Source: Octopus sinensis
Taxonomy: Eukaryota
Length of the DNA: 64,000 nt
NCBI RefSeq assembly: GCF_006345805.1
Contig: NC_042998.1
Location: forward strand, 15,066,001 to 15,130,000
Direction: 5' to 3'
Positions 24,324 through 40,177 of the stretch are shown one piece after another. The notes under the pieces are model-generated. The model was not told the origin of the DNA. It searched no databases and saw only the letters and a program-made list of their open reading frames with translations. The position numbers and the translations under genes are program-made. Numbering within the stretch: position 1 is the first letter of the stretch; every line of letters starts with the position of its first letter.

Positions 24324-26200
24324 AATTGTTCTTGAAATTTAAAAGTAAATTTATTGGTTGTTGTCAGATAATCCTTCATCTCCATTTCTGGAAAGACAAG
24401 GTAGAATAAGCTATACGCATTGAAACACAATTCTGACAGTATCAAAGATATATTTCAGAACTATCTACTATGAAAAATAATCTTTTAATTTGAAAATATA
24501 TAAAACAGAACTTAAACATTTTTAAAAACCATAATCAAAATATTTAGTATTACTTCGAAATATTTATTCCATATTTTATAGTAATTATTACTATTTTAAG
24601 CATAACATCAGTAATTTTTAACAATGGGGTTAGTTCATTAAATCGGCTCTGCTTTGGTAACTAATTTTATCAACCCGGAAGAAAAGTAAGAAATGCATCA
24701 GCAGGATTGATTTCAGACTGTAAAGGGTAGGTATCGCAAGGCATTATCTTAGATTCTCTAAGGAGTCTTCCAATTCACTAATCTTGCCCTTTTTTGTAGC
24801 AATGATACCTAACATGCACAAAGCAAGCAGGAAACCATAGATCTGATTGGCAACAACTCTTGAAATTTTGGCTCTTTTTGAGATAGTATCATTATGCTGT
24901 TCAAATTCTTTTTTCTATGACAAACGTGCATACAAGAAATATAATTAGTTACTGAAGGTAACTAAGTTTTGTAGCAGATGGATTTCTTGTGTGTATACTA
25001 TTATCATCTTTTGGTGCTTAGCAAAATTATATTTTTTAGAATATTTTCTAATCCAGTTTCGAAATTATAATTATAATCTTAACATGTGATGAACCTTAAA
25101 AATCTGTACTTACTTAAACCTATGATGGATAGTAGTTTATGAGTGATGTCATATGCCATGATAGGGGTTTCATTGTATGTTGAACTTAGGGTGCAAGATA
25201 CTACTGCGTTTTTATTTATTATTCTATTTATATATTTATCTATTTATCTATTGTCTGTTTCCAGGAGGAAGAAACTAATTACTTTCTGTATCCTATTTAA
25301 TTGGTAAGTTTAAAACAGCCGAAGATGGGTCTGAACTGCTTTAGATTGAATCATTTTCGGAATATGAAACGAAAATTCCAGAAGACTCTATTTATGGCAA
25401 GGATTGCAAAAATGTCAAGTCGGTGATCTAATATTACGAGAGACTGTTGGAATAACACGATGAGAAAAGACAGTGAATTAGATGGGTTATGGTGGTAGAA
25501 GTGCATGACTCATTTAGCTAGTAGAGGAGGAATCTTTATAACAGCCATCAAAAATACATAAGGTTTGATTGTGTATATAAGAGGAAGAGAGTGTCAATTG
25601 ATTTATACGGGGTTGATGAGTGAAAGTTTAATTTCCATTTGGAACAAGTGTCTTCAAATAAGGCGGGGAATTTGCCAAGTCGTTAAAGCGTCAGATAGAA
25701 TTTCTTATGGTATTTGGTAGGTGTTCTGAACGGAAGTACAGCTGTAGTCAATTTTTCCTTTCATCCTTTCGAAGTCGATAGTATTTCAGTCAAGTAGTGC
25801 TAACGATTTTTCCTCAGTTTCTTATCCCACTCTCTCGGAATTTGCTTGAGCTGACGAGATAGTGTCACCCGACAGAAGTTAGCACAGAAATTTTGTATTC
25901 TCACACAAACCTTCTGTAGCAAGCACTAGTTGCTTGTTATGAAACTCGTAAGGTATCGTACGTTGACCTGATGAGCAAAGCAAGGAAAGAAGCAGTTAGA
26001 CTTCGTTTAATTGAAACGTACGATATGTTAATTTTATAGTCACAGATAGATCTGGATGCCATCTGTGTACCGAGGTATAGGCTGTGTACAAGATAAAGGA
26101 GATTCTATTTAGGGATGTCGGTAAAACACTAGTGACGTGACTAGAAAGCAAACATAACAAAGTATCGTACACCAACATGAAAGTAATGCTTGTATATATA

Positions 26201-26268
<68 letters not shown>

Positions 26269-26273
26269 CATAC

Positions 26274-26400
26274 AAAATGGGACAAGAACGCAAAACATCC
26301 AGATAGACGATGCAAAAAAAACACGGACGGGTCCTTCGAAGCCTTTAATCTTCAGTCAAGAACCGGATCATCCTCGCAATTTCGGCAATCAGCGTTCTTG
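26274..26400 (-). repeat. Second copy of the 19735-19858 repeat
   Basis: Sequence similarity as above; flanked by (TA)n. Confidence 0.8.
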
Positions 26401-26454
26401 TCCCTTATATATATATAGCGGCGTAGTACACTCTCTTCTCTCCCCCTCTCTCTT

Positions 26455-26510
<56 letters not shown>

Positions 26511-27379
26511 ATGTATATATAATGCTTGTATATATAATTTGAACTCATGGACAACATACGACGAATTGTTCGTGATTGTAATATTAAATGACGGTACTGA
26601 TTGCCCTCAGTGAGAAAATAAATACACTCAAATTTACTCTACAAAGATAATTTGAAGAGGCCAAAACAAGATCAGCGATTTTTTGTCGTACAGCGATCTC
26701 CAGTGGTGTATATCTCACCACATTGTTTACGTAGAGAGGAAAAAAACATATATGAAAGTTTTTTTTTCAATATAAGATCTAGTTCATTTGAACTTGCTAG
26801 CCTTTATTGATTGATATTTAACTTTCATACCTACATTTTTGTCCATTCAGACACTATCCTGGACTCTTGTCTAACGTATAATAAATAGCAAAATAACACG
26901 CTAATACCCGAAAGCAATTATCAATAATTCTTCATCTAAACAAGAAAAATATGAAGTCAAATATTGGCATTTGTTCCTCAAGTTTCCAGAATATAGCACC
27001 AATATGACTCCATTTAATGATACTATCTAAAAGGGACAACGGGGCTTCTATTGATTGTGATAAGCGTTCCCAAATAAACGAATTGTGGGACCCATTAATG
27101 ATCTACTTTCTTATTTCCCTAAACGACTTGTAATCTATCTCTTTGTCGATCACCTCTCTTCCCTACACACTTTCCTATTTACTTTCTTTTCTGTGTGTAA
27201 GCTTATCTGATCCCACTCCTCGTCACCTCTCTCTCTCTGCTGGCACACATACACACGGATATATATACATACATACATGCAGGTATGTATATATATATAT
27301 ATGTATGTGCATACATACGTACATACATACATGCATGTATGTATGTATATACATATTTTTAAGTATGTATATATTCGTT

Positions 27380-27590
27380 GGAAATTTTGGCACAAGGCCA
27401 GCAATTTCAGGGGAACGGTTAAGTCGATTACGTCGACTCCAAGTGATCAACTTATAATTATTTTATCGACCCGGAAAGATCGAGTGTCAAATTTGACCTT
27501 AGCGGAATTTGAACTCAGAACATAAAGACAGACGAAATATCACTAAGTATTTCGCCCGGCGTGCTAACGTTTCGGCCAGCTCACTACCCT
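27380..27590 (-). mobile_element. SINE family C (tail type 2)
   Basis: aaattttggcacaaggccagcaatttc...ggaatttgaactcagaac...gtgctaacgtttcggccagctcactaccct. Confidence 0.85.
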
Positions 27591-27855
27591 AGAATATGCA
27601 TATACTGGTGTTTGTTCTCTGCCAAGTTATATATACATGTAGACGCATATATACATAGATACATACATATATATATATATATATTATATATATATATATA
27701 TATGCGTATAAGAAGAGATGACCACTAAGTGGACATCCAATATGCTAGAAGAAGATCACCCACGATCTAACCACAAAGAAATGAATCTTCTCTAGAGAAA
27801 TTCAACAAACACCAGAACATAAGCGGATAAGACAGAGGAAAATATACAAAATAAA

Positions 27856-27940
27856 GAATTAATCGTAGAGCGATTTCGTCATTAACGATTTTACTTACGT
27901 AACATCGTCCGTGGACTCTTCAGTACGACCGTTGTAATTC
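27856..27940 (-). ncRNA. Type I hammerhead ribozyme motif within a ~260-bp (TA)-associated element (~27705-27960)
   Basis: Minus strand: gaattacaac-ggtcgta CTGAAGA gtc...gac GAAA tcgc TC tacgatt-aattc. Stem I is tcgta/tacga plus gaatta/taattc beyond a bulge. Stem II starts with G-C and extends to a GUAA tetraloop. Stem III is one mismatch from a palindrome. Confidence 0.7.
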
Positions 27941-28332
27941 AATATAATTTGTTGAACTATATACGAGTTGTCCTCATAAAATTAAATGTGTGTACAGTTC
28001 TACCGATTACATTTGGGGTTATTTTCAAATGTCTCAGTTCTGGCGTACTAAATCCCGGAAACAGTTCTGCAGAAGATAATTCACTGCAGTTGCCGGTTAG
28101 AGAACATGATTATTTAAAATTTAAATAATGAGGGTGATAAATTGAATATTTATTTAATTAACTTCAATTTAAAACCCGTAGCCTAGCTTATAGGAAAATC
28201 TATATATGTGTATGTATATAAAAATCTATATATGTGTATGTATATATATATAACTTGTATTAAGCTAAAGGATTATTACTTAATATTTTGTAGTAGAGTA
28301 CAAGATTATTAAACTTTTGCTAAAAGTGTGTT

Positions 28333-28420
28333 GACAGAGACCTCGAAGTTTCGGCTCGGTATCTTTCTTCAGAGTTGAGACCAAAGAGGTCCAACAGGCT
28401 GAAACTTCGAAGTCACTGTC
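28333..28420. repeat. Inverted repeat (~23-bp arms) enclosing a partial hammerhead-like core
   Basis: gacagagacctcgaagtttcggc pairs with gctgaaacttcgaagtcactgtc. The minus strand reads CTGAAGA...GAAA cttcgagg TC. Confidence 0.7.
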
Positions 28421-28684
28421 AGTGTTGTTTTTAATAATTTAAATTTTTCTTCTTCTTCTTCTTTTGAAGAAGGAGCTGTTTTCTGACAAATATACAATGC
28501 TCCATCGTTGTAATGTAGATAGGGAAAACAATGTCACATCTTAAACTCGAGAGAAATCTTGCATAGTTTTACTGTTCGACTTACAGAATGTATTTATAAT
28601 GTTAGTTAATAATTTTTTTGTGAAAATCCAAGCTTATCCAGGCCGTCAATTATATGCATGTATTTATGTAAGTATGTATTACAC

Positions 28685-28985
28685 GTGGAGGCGCAATGGC
28701 CCAGTGGTTAGGGTAGCGGATTCGCGGTCGTAGGATCGCGGTTTCGATTGTGAGTGTTTATTGAGCGAAAACACCTAAAAGCTCCACGAGGCTCCGGCAG
28801 GGGGTGGTGGCGATCCCTGCTGTAATCTTTCGCCACAACTTTCTCTCACTCTTTCTTCTGTTGGCCTGCTCGCTTAGCCAGCGGGATGGCGTCATTTCAA
28901 GGCTAAAACAATGCAAAGCGCATTGTGACCAGCGATGTGTAGCAACATCCATCTGATAGCCTGGTCGGTCACGGTAATCACGGTA
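28685..28985 (+). mobile_element. SINE family A with tail type 2
   Basis: Head gtggaggcgcaatggcccagtggttaggg (with a small deletion after the B box) and tail gcgcattgtgaccagcgatgtgtagcaacat...gcctggtcggtcac. Confidence 0.9.
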
Positions 28986-31268
28986 ATATATTACACTCAC
29001 ATACACACACGTGCGCGCACACACACACGCACAAAAGAATCTGAGGCTAGTTGCTTAGCTGAGTAGCTCTGAAGCGTGTTATTTCGGACTCACTCCTCTT
29101 GCATGGCACTGTGGATGTCTCCTACAATTGATCCGGTTCGACCCAATGCTTTGCAGATGAATGTGGTAGTGCTATGTATTTAGATAATCAGGTTCACGGG
29201 GTGACATAATGAAGATTGTTCTCAAAAAATCGTTATTAATTGAAATTATCCTTTTAGTTGAAATATAGAAGACAAAAATCTAGAGGCAATTGCTAGTTAT
29301 ACTAAAAAAATGTGGAGATTATTACACAAGGAATTAGGAATTGTTTTCTGAAAGCTAGTTTAAATATCCGAGAATTGAAAGTCTGATTTTGCTTTGTGAA
29401 CTATGGACAATTTGTTTCGGCTTGTTAAAGCTCACAAGTATAGCTTAGTCTAACTAAAGCTCACGTATTGTATCCAATAGAGGTTAACCTCCATCCACTT
29501 CAAACCCTTACATTTCTGTCTGCCTCTCTCTCTCTCTTTCTTTCTTTTTGTATCTGGTTTTATATTCCATTGAGAATGATAAAATAAATAGCCATTGAGC
29601 ACTCGGGTTCATGAAACTGACTTACCTCTCCTCTTAAATCTTGCTGGCCTTGTGCCAAAATTAGAATTATTATTTTCAGTTGGTAGTAAAAGATTATGAA
29701 CCCACTGGTATATGCGAAGCTTAAGTATAAAATGTCTAACATCTCATATAGAAACAATCATAATTAAATATAAAGCAAATCAGCTCTCACATGCAACAAA
29801 GAAGCTAACTGTAAGTTTAAAAAATTTAGCTTAATTTTTACTAATGGAAATTATATCAGTGGAATCGAACTTGAAGGTAGGAATTAAGTTCTTTCGTGTT
29901 TATATGTGTCTATGTTTTCTAGCTAGTTAGACCAAGCGAGCAAGAGATGAAATTATTGCCGCAGGTTTAGTAATATTGCACAATAAAAGAGATTGGTCCT
30001 TTTACATGTTATCAAATCGGGCTTTTAAAATTGTTTATATACGGTTGAAGTTTGCGCGCTTTCGTATTATCGTGTTAAAAAATGTCGATCAGCTGAGATT
30101 ACTTATGCAATTAGTAGATAAAATTCCTTCTCTGGTATGTTTAATATCTTAAAAGAAAAGAAAAATAATACGTGATTTTCATTAAGATCAGTTGATTGAA
30201 ATTTCTGGACAATATACAGTAGACAATTAAAGTGGATTCTTTCCCACTTTAATATATATGTGAAACTACCGTACTTGTGTTGTATACACAACGTTGCCCC
30301 AAGCTTGCCCTTCAGCCAAATTGTTAGGACTTTTCTAGTCTACTTCAATGAATTGATTGAATATATAGAAATGAACTATAAACAGTCATCCATTTGGCTA
30401 ATAAATGAAATAAGTTGAACACTACACCTGATGTGACTTATATTGTGCTAATAATAACCATATATGTTGAGCATATTATTTTCCAAAGTCTATTGCTTTA
30501 ATTCAAATGAATTATGACCCCTCATGCATTTAAATTCAAGATACTAAATATGTGTTTTCCATGAATACGCAGGATCTGTTGGCTAAAAGTACACTGATCC
30601 AAACCAATGTTTTGTGTTATATGAGTCTTATTTCTGAAATATATGTATGAGAAATAGTCTAATACAAAATAATATTATTCGAAAGACGTTAGAGTGCATA
30701 CTGGTAAATATTCCAGTATAAGGTATTTCGTAATATCATCTACAAGTACATCTGACATTGTGCTTTAAAAATCCGTATAGTAATTTTAGATATCTTTTCG
30801 GCTAGACAGAAAATCTTATGCGTTTTCGAGTAAGTGAAATGAGGATTATTTTTTGCCTCAACGAATGCCATTACTGGAGTAAAGAAAATAAAATCGCTTC
30901 TGATTGAGAATTAAAGGATCAAAGCAGCAACGTCATATAATCACTAGTTTTTACTTCTCAACACCATGATATTTCTATATGTTTAATTTTGTCACCAGAA
31001 ACACCTTTGCTATATGTTTTTACATTTAACACTTTATACTGCTCTATTTATAATCCACATTCGTGTATTTATCCGTCCTACTGTCTATTTCACAGTCTGT
31101 TTACCTTTCAGTACTTGTCTACAAACACTCTGTATTGGCCTACTTGATCTTCCACAATTGCTTATTTTATAGTTCATAGTGTTCTATGTAATAGTCCACG
31201 TTTGTATATTTAGCAATTCATGTAGATCTGTTCATTAGTTCCCGCTGCACTACATAGCAATTCATACC

Positions 31269-31500
31269 TATTTCTTTATTACCCACAAGGGGCTAAACAT
31301 AGAGTGGACAAACAAGGACAGACAAACGGATTAAGTCGATTATATCGACCCCAGTGCATAACTGGTACTTATTTAATCGACCCCGAAAGGATGAAAGGCA
31401 AAGTCGACCTCGGCGAAATTTGAACTCAGAACGTAGCGGCAGACGAAATACCACTAAGCATTTCGCCCGACGTGCTAACGACTCTGCCAGCTCGCCGCCT
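31269..31500 (-). mobile_element. Full-length SINE family C (tail type 1)
   Basis: tatttctttattacccacaaggggctaaac...gaaaggatgaaaggcaaagtcgacctcggcg...ctgccagctcgccgcct. Confidence 0.92.
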
Positions 31501-31644
31501 TAATAGCAATTCATACCGTCAATTTAATCTTCCATACTGGTACATATAAACATCCAGCCTGGTTTATTTGGGGCACAGACATGCCTATTTAGCCACACAA
31601 AATATTCTCTTTAAGACAGAATTATGAAGAGCCTGTTGAGGAGG

Positions 31645-31980
31645 AGCAATGACCTGGTAGTTAGGGCAGCGGACTCGGGGTCGTAGGATCGCTGTTTCGA
31701 TTCCCAGACCGGGCGTTGTGAGTGTTTATTGAGTGAAAATATCTAAAGCTTCACGAGGTTTCTGCAGTACTCTTTCACCACAACTTTCTCTCACTCTTTC
31801 TTCTTGTTTCAAAGGGCCAGCCTTGTCCCACTCTGTATCATGCTGAATCACCCCAAGGACTAAGTTAGGGGTACATTTGTCCGTGGAGTGCTCAGCCACT
31901 TGCACGTAAATTTTACGAGCAGGCTGTTCCGGTGATCGGATCAACTACAACCCTCGTTGTCATAACCGACGGAGTGCCAT
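31645..31980 (+). mobile_element. Diverged SINE family A with tail type 1
   Basis: ggtagttagggcagcggactcggggtcgtaggatcg...tttcaaagggccagccttgtc...accgacggagtgc. Confidence 0.85.
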
Positions 31981-32489
31981 GATCAAGAGCATGCAGGTAA
32001 CGTTGTTGGGCTCTTATTGGGATACGAACTTCGTAGCGAGGGTTCAGTTAAATCAATCTATCAGCGCTCTTAAATAAGTCGAACATATTCGGAATATATG
32101 TTCTGTATTTCTATCTGTATTCGAAATAATACGAAACTATAAAAGTCTTGTTTTGCTTTCTCTATTTTTCTTTTACTCTACTAATGCACCAGCAATGAAA
32201 ACAAAATATCTGTCATTTATAGAAGAATTATCAATCATTCTCGAAGATTTTTTTTTATATTTTTTTTCTTTGGCGACCATAATTGTTTTCAATACAAGTG
32301 GGACTTGAAATCTAGTTAAAAAAGAAAAAAAATATTATTCCCTGGTGGAAAGCCGGCTAGGCTGTCAAAAATGCCAAATATTGGTCTAATAGTTTCCAAC
32401 AACAACAACAACAATAACTACAACAATCATTACAACAACACTAAGAACAATAAAAATTTAATTTGAAGATACATACATGCACATACGCT

Positions 32490-34730
<2,241 letters not shown>

Positions 34731-35349
34731 TATAGTATTCACAATGAAAGGTATCTGGGGACAATTCATAGTCTGGTGAATCCTTAGAGATTTGAAGAAG
34801 AGCGAGTTATAGTGTTTTTTTTTTCTCCATTTGATCTTCTTACCATTATCAGGAAACGTAATTAAAAGGAAATTAAAGGAAAGAGCAAGTTAATGAGAAT
34901 ATTTTAAATAAAAAAAATGTTTTGGTCTCGTGAGATTACAACCAGCTTCCACATAGTTTCCGCCTATCAAATTTACTTACAAACTATTATTCCACCCGAG
35001 GATCTAGTAGAGTACACTCAGTCTAGGTGTTGCATACTGGGACTGAAACCGAAACCACTTGGTTGGTAAGCGAACTCCTTAGGTACAAGGCCATGCTTGT
35101 GCCTAGTACACATTTTGGTGAAAATAATGTCAACACTGCTATGCTGTTATGAAAGGAACTCGTCATCCTGTCTTCATTTAAACGACACGACACAATACAT
35201 TCCTATCTGAATAGTTTTTATTTTCTAAAAGATTCAGTTGTTTGACTTTATCCCTGTTATCTCCCTTGGTTGTTGTTTTAAGATGTTTCAACATTCCTAG
35301 AAAGATGGTTTGTTTAGTAATTTATTTATTTATTTTTATTTATTTTTAT

Positions 35350-35433
35350 TTATCTAGTTTCAGCTCACAAGTTGTGGGCATGCTGGGGCACCGCCATTTG
35401 GTGTTGCTACATGATTTTTACTTCACGAATGCA
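35350..35433 (-). mobile_element. 3' tip (3'UTR) of the CR1-like LINE
   Basis: The reverse complement gcattcgtgaag...atgtagcaacac..aatggcggtgccccagcatg...gtgagctgaaactagataaa matches 47303-47381. Confidence 0.8.
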
Positions 35434-36287
35434 TGCACTATTCCAGTTTATCGAAAATTTCGCAACTCACTATGTTACATATAGGTATATATAGGTATGC
35501 ACCTAATAGTTAGGTGAAAGACAGCGACAACCATGTCTTATATAAAATATACGACATGTCCTTGAGAATAATACAGGAAAACAAGCCGAAAATGGGTGCT
35601 CCAGCTGCGAGTAACAGAAACAAAATCTTTAAATAACATCGTACAGTCTTAAAATGGCACAGAAGGAACTATAATAAAGATATTATTGGAAGTTTTATCG
35701 TCTTTGATCATAGGACCATCTCGATCAAGGTTCATCCGAAGCTTAACTAGAGGAACAACACGAACAGGATCAATAACGTCATATTGACGAAGTCGAAGTC
35801 TTTGACGCTAACTAAATGAAGAGTTATTAATAATTTCCATAAAATAATTACTTCATTAAAACAAAATAAATCTCAGTTTTGTTAGACACAAGGTAATTTC
35901 TATGAGACAGCGGTTTATCATTACAAAATCTGACAAAATGAAAAGCTCGAATTATTAGGATCTTCAGTTTTCACAATATATTGAGCTGAAAGAATTTTCA
36001 TCTAGAAATCTCCAAAAGAATAATTGCTGCTAACGCAGACCGCAAACGGTCTCCTCAAAACCTAGGTTTCACTCAATAGTTGGTCTAATTGACAGCTTTT
36101 GTAATATTTCCCACACGACCTCGTAGTTACGCATTCTCCATATTTTGACAGACTGGAAAGTCTTTTCGTAACTACCATCAACATATGGAGTGCGAAGTGT
36201 GTATGTCTAAAGGCGAATTAAATGAAATAAACAGTGATTTATATCAGATCGAATTTCAATAATTACCTTTTATTTTCTACTCCCAAT

Positions 36288-36705
36288 AGGCGCAGGAGTG
36301 GCTGTGCGGTAAGTAGCTTGCTTACCAACCACATGGTTCCGGGTTCAGTCCCACTGCGTGGCACCTTGGGCAAGTGTCTTCTACTATAGCCTCGGGCCGA
36401 CCAAAGCCTTGTGAGTGGATTTGGTAGACGGAAACTGAAAGAAATCCGTCGTATATATGTATATTTATATATGTATATATATATGTGTGTGTGTGTGTTT
36501 GTGCATCTGTGTTTGTTCCCCGAACATTGCTTGACAACCGATGCTGGTGTGTTTACGACCCCGTAACTTAAAGGTTCGGCAAAAGAGACCAATGGAATAA
36601 GGCCTACAAAGAATAAGTCCTGGGGTCGATTTCCTCGACTAAAGGCGGTGCTCCAGCATGGCCGCAGTGAAATGACTGAAACAAGTAAAAGGCTAAAGAG
36701 TAAAG
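36288..36705 (+). mobile_element. Full-length SINE family B
   Basis: aggcgcaggagtggctgtgcggtaag...ggttccgggttcagtccc...gcaccttgggcaagtgtc...tgactgaaacaagtaaaag. Confidence 0.92.
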
Positions 36706-37196
36706 AGCATAAGATTCAATTTGCTGACCTTTTTTAGGGTTACATTAATATTGTGACTATAGCGGAATGAAATGAGTGCATTTTTCTCTCAACGTATGTA
36801 GAAACCTTGATCAGAACGAGACTTCTTTATTGTTTTAATATAACGTCAATATTGGAGTATATTTTGACTATCATTAAACAGAACTTTATGAAAAAAGCTT
36901 CAGAAACCGGAGCACTAGTACGGATAATGACCAATAAATTACTCAAATAATGATGGTCATGAAGAAATCGATAATGACAACAACAACAACAACAACAACA
37001 ACAGCAATAATTATTTCTTCTATAGGCAGAAGGCCTTAAACGTTTTGGAAAACGAGCCTAGTCAATTACATCGGCCCCCGGACGGGTGCTTCTTTCATTC
37101 ATTTCGAAATGGTAAGAGGCAAAGCCCATCACGACTGAATTAAAACTCGGAACGTAAAGACGGACGAAATGCCGGTAAGCATTTTGCTTCGAAGTC

Positions 37197-37265
37197 TGCT
37201 TGTGGGACTCGAACCCATATTTCCTGTAGACATGACAGATACTCTAACATTGCATCAAAACAACC
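37197..37265 (-). pseudogene. Degenerate tRNA-like sequence (tRNA pseudogene or SINE head)
   Basis: Reverse complement ggttgttttgatgcaatgttagagtatctgtcatgtctacaggaaatatgggttcgagtcccacaagca. It has a T-arm (tggg-ttcgagt-ccca), an anticodon-like stem (ctgt/acag) and an imperfect acceptor stem. Confidence 0.4.
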
Positions 37266-38179
37266 ATTCAACTTTCTCTTTTCATTTTAGAAACATCATT
37301 CTTACCGGTGAGAACTGCATGTTATTGAGGCCATAAGAATTCATAAACTGTCGAGAGAATGTGGGGTAAAACATCATCTGATATAGAATACAAAATATTA
37401 CGAAATTCATAATCAAACATATACATTTGATTGTTACTTATAATAAGAATGTACACGCTCGCATATGTTTATGTCTAGAAAAGAATATATAAAAGTACTC
37501 AATGCATGACATACAATTTATCAATTGTATACAATGTTAGATTCACCCTATCGTTACTTGGAATTTCACACAAAGTAAACGAATAAAGATATTCCTCCCC
37601 ACTGATCTAATTTGTCTGAAAACGTAGGAACGAGGGACTTGAACAATAAAAAATATTTTCAATAAACTGTATAAATAGAACTGTATGCTTTGCTTAAATC
37701 AGATGTTGCAAATAATAAAGCGGTTAGGAATATATCACATCAAAAGGACCGAGATATTGACTAAATGTCGTAATCAGGAAAACTTTATCCTAAAACATTT
37801 CCAAGCATCTGAACTTTCGACGCTCTGCGAAATAAATGCATAAGAATTAGATTCTTTGAGCTACATGAGGTAGCTCCCTTGTTCACTAGAGGCTGATAAC
37901 TCTTACATGACAGTAGTTCATCTGCAACAGCAATGATATGGACCTGTGACATGCATAGACCAATACGTTTACTCGTTCTTTGCAGAGTTAACAATACCAG
38001 CTTCTAATTATGTAATCGTTTGACTGACCTAACCTGTAAATTTACGTGTGTAAAAGTCTGATAATGATTCGAAGCAACAACTGTTAACTTACAGACCATC
38101 ACGCGCATATGTATGCACGTGAGTGTGAGCAGGTGCGTCGTAAAAAGATGAAAATGTAGTGCCTTTTGCGCGTGTATTA

Positions 38180-38419
38180 CACTTTCACTTGTTTCAGTCA
38201 TTTGACTGTGGCCATGCTGGAGCACAGCCTTTTGTCAAGCAAATCGACCCCAGGACTTATTCTTTGTAAGCCTAGTATTTATTCTATAGGTCTCTTTTGC
38301 CGAACCGCTAATTTACGGAGACGTAAACACACCAGCATCGGTTGTCAAGCGATGTTGGGGGGACAGACACAAACGTGTACACACACACACACAAACACTC
38401 ACACACATACATACATACA

Positions 38420-38492
<73 letters not shown>

Positions 38493-38615
38493 ATATATAC
38501 GACGGGCTTCTTTCAGTTTCTGTCTACCAAATCTACTCACAATGCTTTGGTCGGCCCGAGGCTACAGTAGAAGACACTTGCCCAAGGTGACACTGAATCC
38601 TGAACCATGTGGTTG
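38180..38615 (-). mobile_element. SINE family B, nearly full length
   Basis: tttcacttgtttcagtcatttgactgtggccatgctggagcac...gaagacacttgcccaaggtg...accatgtggttggtaagcaag. Confidence 0.9.
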
Positions 38616-39390
38616 GTAAGCAAGTAGATTATCGCTAGTATGTGATCCTGGTGGACCCTATCTGTCTCTCTTGTGAATCAGAAGCACAAATAACAAATGA
38701 AATGCTTGAAGTAGAAATCGAGCTGTTGTCCCAAATGCAGCACGTTATCGGTAGAGCACTAACATAAATATATTTCAATTGAACAGTCGACCACTCACTG
38801 GTTTAATTTAATCGGAGAGATTTGTCAAATACTTTCCTAGTCACGATCCTGTCAAATGAATATCACATCGAAGATATCACATCGAGAAACCATTCAAATT
38901 ACGTCGTATTTTCCAATGCTGTTGGATCGTTTTAACTGTTACATATTCACATGGTGTCTCATTCGATCACTGGCAGCAGACGGTATTTGTGCATGCATAT
39001 GTTTGCGCGAATCTACATGTATGTACATGCTTTTGGTAATACATAATGCAAGTTAATTACGTGAGAGTGTGCTTTTGTGCGTGTCCCTGCGCATGCATGA
39101 AATGTTACGCAGCATTCTCTTACTAGCGGTTTAACTTACTTTAATCCATGTCTGTAAATATAGATTTCTTACATCACAAACATTTGCAGAAGAACGAGGT
39201 TTGATCGATCAAATCCATACACTGCACCACGCTCGCTAATTATTTCATTGACGCCAGAAGAGTTATTAGAAAAGATTTTATTCGAAAACGGGTTTGGACT
39301 CAAAATATTGGTAAACGTTTGGTTATGTTCAAGTATAAAATGTCAATGTTTACGAATATATACATATTTGTGCAAATGTGTTTGTACGTA

Positions 39391-39608
39391 TGGCGGTGAG
39401 CTGGCAGAAACGTTAGCTCGCCGGGCGAAATGCGTTGTCGTATTTCGTCTGCCGTTACGTATGGTTGTGTGGTTAGTGGCTTGCTTCGCAACTACATGAT
39501 TCCCAGTTGAGTCCCACTGCATGGCACCTTGGACAGGTATCTTATACTATAGCCTCGGGCCGACCAAGGCCGTGTAAATGGAATTTGGATTTGGTACAAG
39601 GAAACTGA
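39391..39608 (+). mobile_element. Family C head directly fused to a diverged family B head
   Basis: ggcggtgagctggcagaaacgttagc...gccgttacgt, then atggttgtgtggttag...gagtcccactgcatggcaccttgg. Confidence 0.75.
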
Positions 39609-40131
39609 CGGTTGGAATAACCGTCTAAGGGATCAGAATATTCGTTATTATTACCAGTATAAATTACCTATGTTAACACAGGGCATGGGTATGCAAGCAT
39701 ACTATGCTCATAGGATACAGGCAGTAACAAAATAAAGAAGAGTTTATCAGGAATCTTATTTAAAATAATCAGAAAATGGAGAAAACCTTTGATCAACAGA
39801 CAAATTGACAATGATCGGTCAATATATTTTAATACATAAGTTTAACATTGCTAACAGCTGTTTCTGCTACCTATGTTAGTCGATGCTACCAAAGAAAATT
39901 ATGAGAATAATGTTCGTCATCTTTTATAACACATCCGTTCTGGTACAGGGAGCTTCATCAGAGTGGATACAAATACATAAAATAAAAAAAAGAGAAAGGG
40001 AACGAGAAAAGAACAGGGCCACGAGTTGAGAAAAGACGGCTTAATAAATTTGAATTATAATATTATATATATATATATATACCTATATATACCTAATATC
40101 TATATATACCTATATATACCCAATATATATA

Positions 40132-40177
<46 letters not shown>

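Noticed and set aside
38645-38770. Short open frame (VDPICLSCESEAQITNEMLEVEIELLSQ...), and a similar exon-like stretch after 48860
   Set aside because: Both are about 40 codons with in-frame stops, no recognisable domain and no convincing splice pair.
39925-39970. Other CTGATGA hits (39955 minus, 41152 plus, 43297 minus, 56777 minus, 60790 minus) and gaagagcgtaggctcgaaac at ~51143
   Set aside because: Each lacks GAAA, stem III/UH or stem pairing; at most they are heavily decayed relics.
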